DNA of 64,000 nucleotides from a virus (Duplodnaviria; Caudoviricetes): IMG/VR virus record IMGVR_UViG_3300042888_002988, positions 64,001 to 128,000 of that record; one strand, 5' to 3'. Shown piece by piece: positions 60,276 to 64,000 of this stretch (position 1 is its first letter; each line of letters starts with the position of its first letter). The notes under the pieces were generated by a model. It saw only the letters and a program-made list of their open reading frames with translations, ran no database searches and was not told where the DNA came from. The position numbers and the translations under genes were made by a program.

Positions 60276-63200
60276 ATCCCTACGACCAATACCCCGTCGA
60301 TTACACCGGATACGGCCCCGCCGGCACCGGTGGCGCACCGACGCTGCAGGAGCTGCAGAGGCACCAGCGCAGCCGCCACATGACCACCCGCATGGCCCAG
60401 GCGGCCGGGTTCCTGGATCCGGTGGCTCAGGCCGCGGCGATGAAGATCACCAAGGGCGTCATCGGCGGTTCGCCGAGCCCGGACGCGCTGCGGCGCGCCA
60501 TGTTCAACTCGTCCACCGGTCAGATGGCGCAGGACGCGGCCATGGTCGGTCGGGCGTCCGGGATGCTGGGTCAGGGTGACCCGATCACCGCCGCATCCAA
60601 CATCATGCAGGGCGTGGCCGGTGGTGGCTTCCGCACCACCATGGGCGGAAACAATTCCTACGGCACGGGACCGGTGAGCGGAAATGGCAACATCTCCGAG
60701 CATGTGTCCATGGCCTTCATGAAGGGCATCATGCAGGACATGACCGGCGGCAAGGGTGACGGCAGTCGCACCAACGGCTTCAACGTCGAGGAGGTTTCGC
60801 AACTGTTCAAGACCTACGCGCAGCGCGGCGGCATCGGTCGCATCGCGCACATCCAGCAGGGGGCCGGCATCGGCACACGACTTTCTTCTGCCGCAGCAAA
60901 CGCTGTGGATCCGTCGCTGGCGGCGGACATGAAAGGCATCAAGCTGGAAGGCAGCGAGAAAGACCAGATCGCACAGTTGGAGGGTATCATGAATACCACC
61001 GACAACAAAAAGCTGAAGCAGGAGCTGGACAACGTCCTCAAGGCGCCGGCCGCTCTCATCATCAACAACGACGAGAAGCAGCGCGTCACCGGCTTCATGA
61101 AGAACATGACCGAGAGCCTGGCGGGCATGGCCGACATCTACGGCGAGCTGTCCGCCCCCGAACTGCAGCAAAAGCTCGAATCTATTTCCGGCATGCGCAT
61201 CACCAACCGGGAGCAGCTCGCCAAGGCCACTGCCATGACCAACCAGCTGCGCGGTGCGGCAGTGGTGAGCGGTATGGACCCACGGGCCTTCATGGACTGG
61301 TCCGGCGACATGCAGGCACAGCTCCGCGGCGACGTGGCCAATGTCCTCGGCGCTGACGGCCGCCACAGCGGCATCGTGAGCGGAGCCACCGCCGGCACGC
61401 ACAACCGCCTCATGGTCGACTCGGCCCTCGCCGGTAAAGCGGCGAACCAAGCCGTGGCGCAGGGCAGAGAGCTTGGCCTCAACCTGACAGACGCCCCGGA
61501 CATGACGGAGATCTACGAGGACAAGCGCCAGGGCACCATGCAGTTCATGGAGCGCTACGGCGGCGTGACCGCGGCCCAGGGCGGCCTGCAGTATCTGAGC
61601 GGCGACAAGCGCAAGGAGGTGGAGGGACTGATGGACAAGTTCAAGAATACCACCGACGCGGAGGAGCGCACGAACCTCAACAGCGAGATCGAAGCACTGC
61701 TCGGCGGCGAGAAGGGCTTCGACGCGTTCAAGGCCAGCCGCACCGGCAAGATCATGATGGCCAACTCCCAGAGCGACCCGGCCAATGCCAGGGAGATGGA
61801 GCGTATGGTCTCGGAGGGACGCGGCGACGCTGTGAGCATGGACCTACTGAACGACCAGCTGTCCGAGATGGGCATCAAGGACGCCGAGGGAACCGGCAAG
61901 ACGCTGTTCAAGGGTCTCGGCCTGAAGGGCATGGGCGACTTGCTGCGGACGTCTAAGACGGAGTTCACGCTGGATGAGAACGGCAAGTCCACGGATCGGA
62001 AGCTCACCGGGGCTGATCGTCTGACGATGCAGCGCAATCAGCTCGCCACCGCTGGCATCAAGGGCGCGGAGGCCGACAAGCTGCTGGGTCAGTTCTTCGA
62101 CAAGGACGGACGGGTAAAGGACGAGGAAGGTTTCAACAAGGCCGCCGAGTTGGTGAATATGGCCGGCTACGGTTCGACGGCGTCGGCCTATGACCGCGCC
62201 AACCTCGGCCAATCCAGGTTGGAGATGATCGGCGCAGACGACAACCGCATGAAGATGACGGCGGGCGACAAGGGCATTTCGTTCAACAGCATCGCCACCG
62301 CGATCGCTACCGGCGACGTCAAGAGCAACTCTACGGACCCGGAGGTCATGGCGCTGATGTTGGACTCTCTCGGTGAAGCGAACATGCCGTTGGTGGCGAA
62401 CAAGGATGGCAAAATGGTGGCCGCCGACACCCAATACAAGACCGGCATCAATCTCAAGGACGGCCTCAACAAGGAGAACATGGGCGAGCTTTCCAAGATC
62501 TTCGGCAAGGACCTCAATCTTCACAAGAAGATGACCGATCCGCGGACTGGTAAGAAGTTCGAGAGCGAAGAGGAATTCATGAAGGCGACCCAGGGGGACG
62601 CCGGCAAGAACCTGTTGGCCGACGCGATCGAGGTGATGCAGACCGACAAGGAATACCTGGGTATGAACCTGCGGGGCAAGGTCGACTCGATGAGCGTCAT
62701 GACCGACTCGGCCAAGGACTCGCTGACGAACAGCGGCGCGCTGGAGAAAAAGTTCAAGCAGGCCGGCGGCGCCATGATGCTCGCGCGTGCCAGTGGTTTG
62801 GACGATAAATACAAGACGGGCCTCATGGACTCGTTGCAGGCCGGGAAGGCTCCTGACCTGGGCTTCTACTCCGCCGGCAAGCACGATAAGATCACCGAGA
62901 AAGACGGCGTGAAGGATGCCAAGTTCGGTGGTGAGTCCTTCGGTCGCATGATGAGCATGAGCGGCGCGATCGGCTCGTCGGACGCCGAGGGACTGGCTGC
63001 GCTATCGTCACTCGACGAGGGCGGCGCTATGACCGGCAAGCTAGAAGAGCAGATGGAGGCGCTGAAAGCGGCCAAGAAAGCTGGCGCTACGACGGCTACC
63101 TACAAAGGCATGGATGGTGAGGAGAAGTCCTCCAACATCGACGATCTTATCAAACAATTCAAGGCGACCATCGACAAGCTGGCCGGTCAGCAAATGGCCG

Positions 63201-63286
63201 AGGCGGGCGCAACCGTTACACAGCAGATCATCGTTCAAGGCGACATCCGCGTCACCGGCGAGATCGCCAAAACAGAGAAGGACTAA
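60272..63286 (+). CDS. Tape measure protein
   Basis: 1004 aa, helical, Gly/Ala/Met/Lys-rich, after the chaperone pair and before baseplate genes. Confidence 0.7.
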   Translation: MNPYDQYPVDYTGYGPAGTGGAPTLQELQRHQRSRHMTTRMAQAAGFLDPVAQAAAMKITKGVIGGSPSPDALRRAMFNSSTGQMAQDAAMVGRASGMLGQGDPITAASNIMQGVAGGGFRTTMGGNNSYGTGPVSGNGNISEHVSMAFMKGIMQDMTGGKGDGSRTNGFNVEEVSQLFKTYAQRGGIGRIAHIQQGAGIGTRLSSAAANAVDPSLAADMKGIKLEGSEKDQIAQLEGIMNTTDNKKLKQELDNVLKAPAALIINNDEKQRVTGFMKNMTESLAGMADIYGELSAPELQQKLESISGMRITNREQLAKATAMTNQLRGAAVVSGMDPRAFMDWSGDMQAQLRGDVANVLGADGRHSGIVSGATAGTHNRLMVDSALAGKAANQAVAQGRELGLNLTDAPDMTEIYEDKRQGTMQFMERYGGVTAAQGGLQYLSGDKRKEVEGLMDKFKNTTDAEERTNLNSEIEALLGGEKGFDAFKASRTGKIMMANSQSDPANAREMERMVSEGRGDAVSMDLLNDQLSEMGIKDAEGTGKTLFKGLGLKGMGDLLRTSKTEFTLDENGKSTDRKLTGADRLTMQRNQLATAGIKGAEADKLLGQFFDKDGRVKDEEGFNKAAELVNMAGYGSTASAYDRANLGQSRLEMIGADDNRMKMTAGDKGISFNSIATAIATGDVKSNSTDPEVMALMLDSLGEANMPLVANKDGKMVAADTQYKTGINLKDGLNKENMGELSKIFGKDLNLHKKMTDPRTGKKFESEEEFMKATQGDAGKNLLADAIEVMQTDKEYLGMNLRGKVDSMSVMTDSAKDSLTNSGALEKKFKQAGGAMMLARASGLDDKYKTGLMDSLQAGKAPDLGFYSAGKHDKITEKDGVKDAKFGGESFGRMMSMSGAIGSSDAEGLAALSSLDEGGAMTGKLEEQMEALKAAKKAGATTATYKGMDGEEKSSNIDDLIKQFKATIDKLAGQQMAEAGATVTQQIIVQGDIRVTGEIAKTEKD

Positions 63287-63288
63287 CC

Positions 63289-63804
63289 ATGGCAATCATC
63301 CTACAAGGTAACGCATTCGTATCCCTCGGCGGAGGTGGGGGAGGTGGCGGCGGCTCGGTCGCGCTCGCCAACTGCAAGGGTCACGTGCACACGTTCGATG
63401 GTCCGTCGAACGGCTTCTACGAAATAGATCCACCGATCCCGGACGCGCAGGACTCCAAGGCGTTGGTGCTGGGCGTTCCGCTTACGTTCACTGAGATCGT
63501 GCAGCCGACCACCACGCTGGACGACAAGCGCGTGCTGTATCTGTTCGGCACCGCTTGGAATGATCTGTCGGTCTCCGGCATCCTGCTGCTCGGAGAAAGT
63601 AAGACCCGCGGCGAGCAGCTGACGAAGCTGATGCAATGGTACAATCAGAACCGGGTCAGCGAGAAGCGTGGGCCGGTTCGGGTATCCCTGGGCACCACCG
63701 GGATTGACGCCTACGTGACCGGACTCCGCCTGGATCAAGCCAACCCACAGACCAACACCCAAATGTTCTCCATCATCATGGTGACAGCCGACGTCGAAGC
63801 ATGA
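63289..63804 (+). CDS. Putative baseplate/tube-initiation protein
   Basis: 171-aa tube-like beta pattern (LYLFGTAWNDLSVSGILL); poly-Gly near the N-terminus; follows the tape measure. Confidence 0.5.
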   Translation: MAIILQGNAFVSLGGGGGGGGGSVALANCKGHVHTFDGPSNGFYEIDPPIPDAQDSKALVLGVPLTFTEIVQPTTTLDDKRVLYLFGTAWNDLSVSGILLLGESKTRGEQLTKLMQWYNQNRVSEKRGPVRVSLGTTGIDAYVTGLRLDQANPQTNTQMFSIIMVTADVEA

Positions 63805-64000
63805 GCACTCCAATCGAAATTCGCATCCGCTCCAATTTCTTCCTGTGGCTTCTCACCGGTCGGTCGAAGGGCTTCGCCAACGCGTCGCTTGCGACGGGCA
63901 TCGACTACGCCGTGGATTCCACACCGCCCGAGGTCAACTACGCACGGAAGTTCTTGGGGCTGGATGTCACCGCGAACGACTTCAACGTGCTGTCGGTGTT
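63801..64000 (+). CDS. Hypothetical baseplate-region protein, 3-prime truncated by the window
   Basis: ATG 63801 overlaps the previous stop; frame open to the window end (MSTPIEIRIRSNFFLWLLTG...). Confidence 0.55.
   Translation, partial: MSTPIEIRIRSNFFLWLLTGRSKGFANASLATGIDYAVDSTPPEVNYARKFLGLDVTANDFNVLSV

Noticed and set aside
60242-62884. Long minus-strand ORFs (also 2745-3920, 8389-9624, 14995-15999, 21242-22198, 25279-26433)
   Set aside because: They mirror well-supported plus-strand genes and are the expected shadow ORFs of strong GC3 codon bias; no recognisable motifs.
60272-63286. KxA processing of the tape measure protein
   Set aside because: A few matches (FNKAA, ALKAA) occur, but they are expected by chance in a Lys/Ala-rich 1004-aa protein and do not mark evident module boundaries.
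52917-63804. Stand-alone contractile injection system, tailocin or T6SS
   Set aside because: Capsid, scaffold, prohead protease, neck and lysis genes are linked in the same window, indicating a complete phage.
1-64000. tRNA, rRNA, integrase/transposase or alternative genetic code
   Set aside because: No cloverleaf with TTC-type T-loop context or rRNA-like sequence was found in the short intergenic spaces, no recombinase or transposase motifs were seen, and genes pack tightly under code 11 with TAA, TGA and TAG all used as stops.

Overview
GC-rich segment of a large contractile-tailed (myovirus-type) bacteriophage genome; all but one credible gene lie on the + strand. About 1-13 kb and 16-21 kb hold small accessory or early-type genes: a vWA protein, a PurA-like ligase, a 2OG-Fe(II)-type oxygenase, an acyl-carrier-protein fusion, a HAD phosphatase, a SAM methyltransferase, two Tat-signal ORFs and a SufE fusion. 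The phage encodes its own multi-subunit RNA polymerase beta-prime, split into a catalytic NADFDGD piece (8557-9708) and a bridge-helix/trigger-loop piece (31585-33450) about 22 kb away. A lysis cassette lies at 27.9-30.9 kb. Head genes (prohead protease, scaffold, decoration protein, major capsid protein) and neck/tail genes (sheath, tube, spike, chaperone with a candidate -1 frameshift, tape measure) run from about 44 kb to the end. The most striking signal is a recurrent hydrophobic-x-K-x-A motif. It marks the capsid, scaffold and protease pro-regions and also sits at module boundaries in about 15 other ORFs. Several of these are polyproteins carrying zincin, InPase, ART-like and GT-B glycosyltransferase modules, and five ORFs share a PFAxL...KxA leader. 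I infer a capsid-targeted, protease-released payload arsenal. Two promoter classes of fixed geometry place the start codon at or next to the transcription start (leaderless), and no Shine-Dalgarno sites are evident. No tRNA, rRNA, CRISPR array, portal or terminase was recognised. All family assignments come from motif recognition by eye, not database searches.
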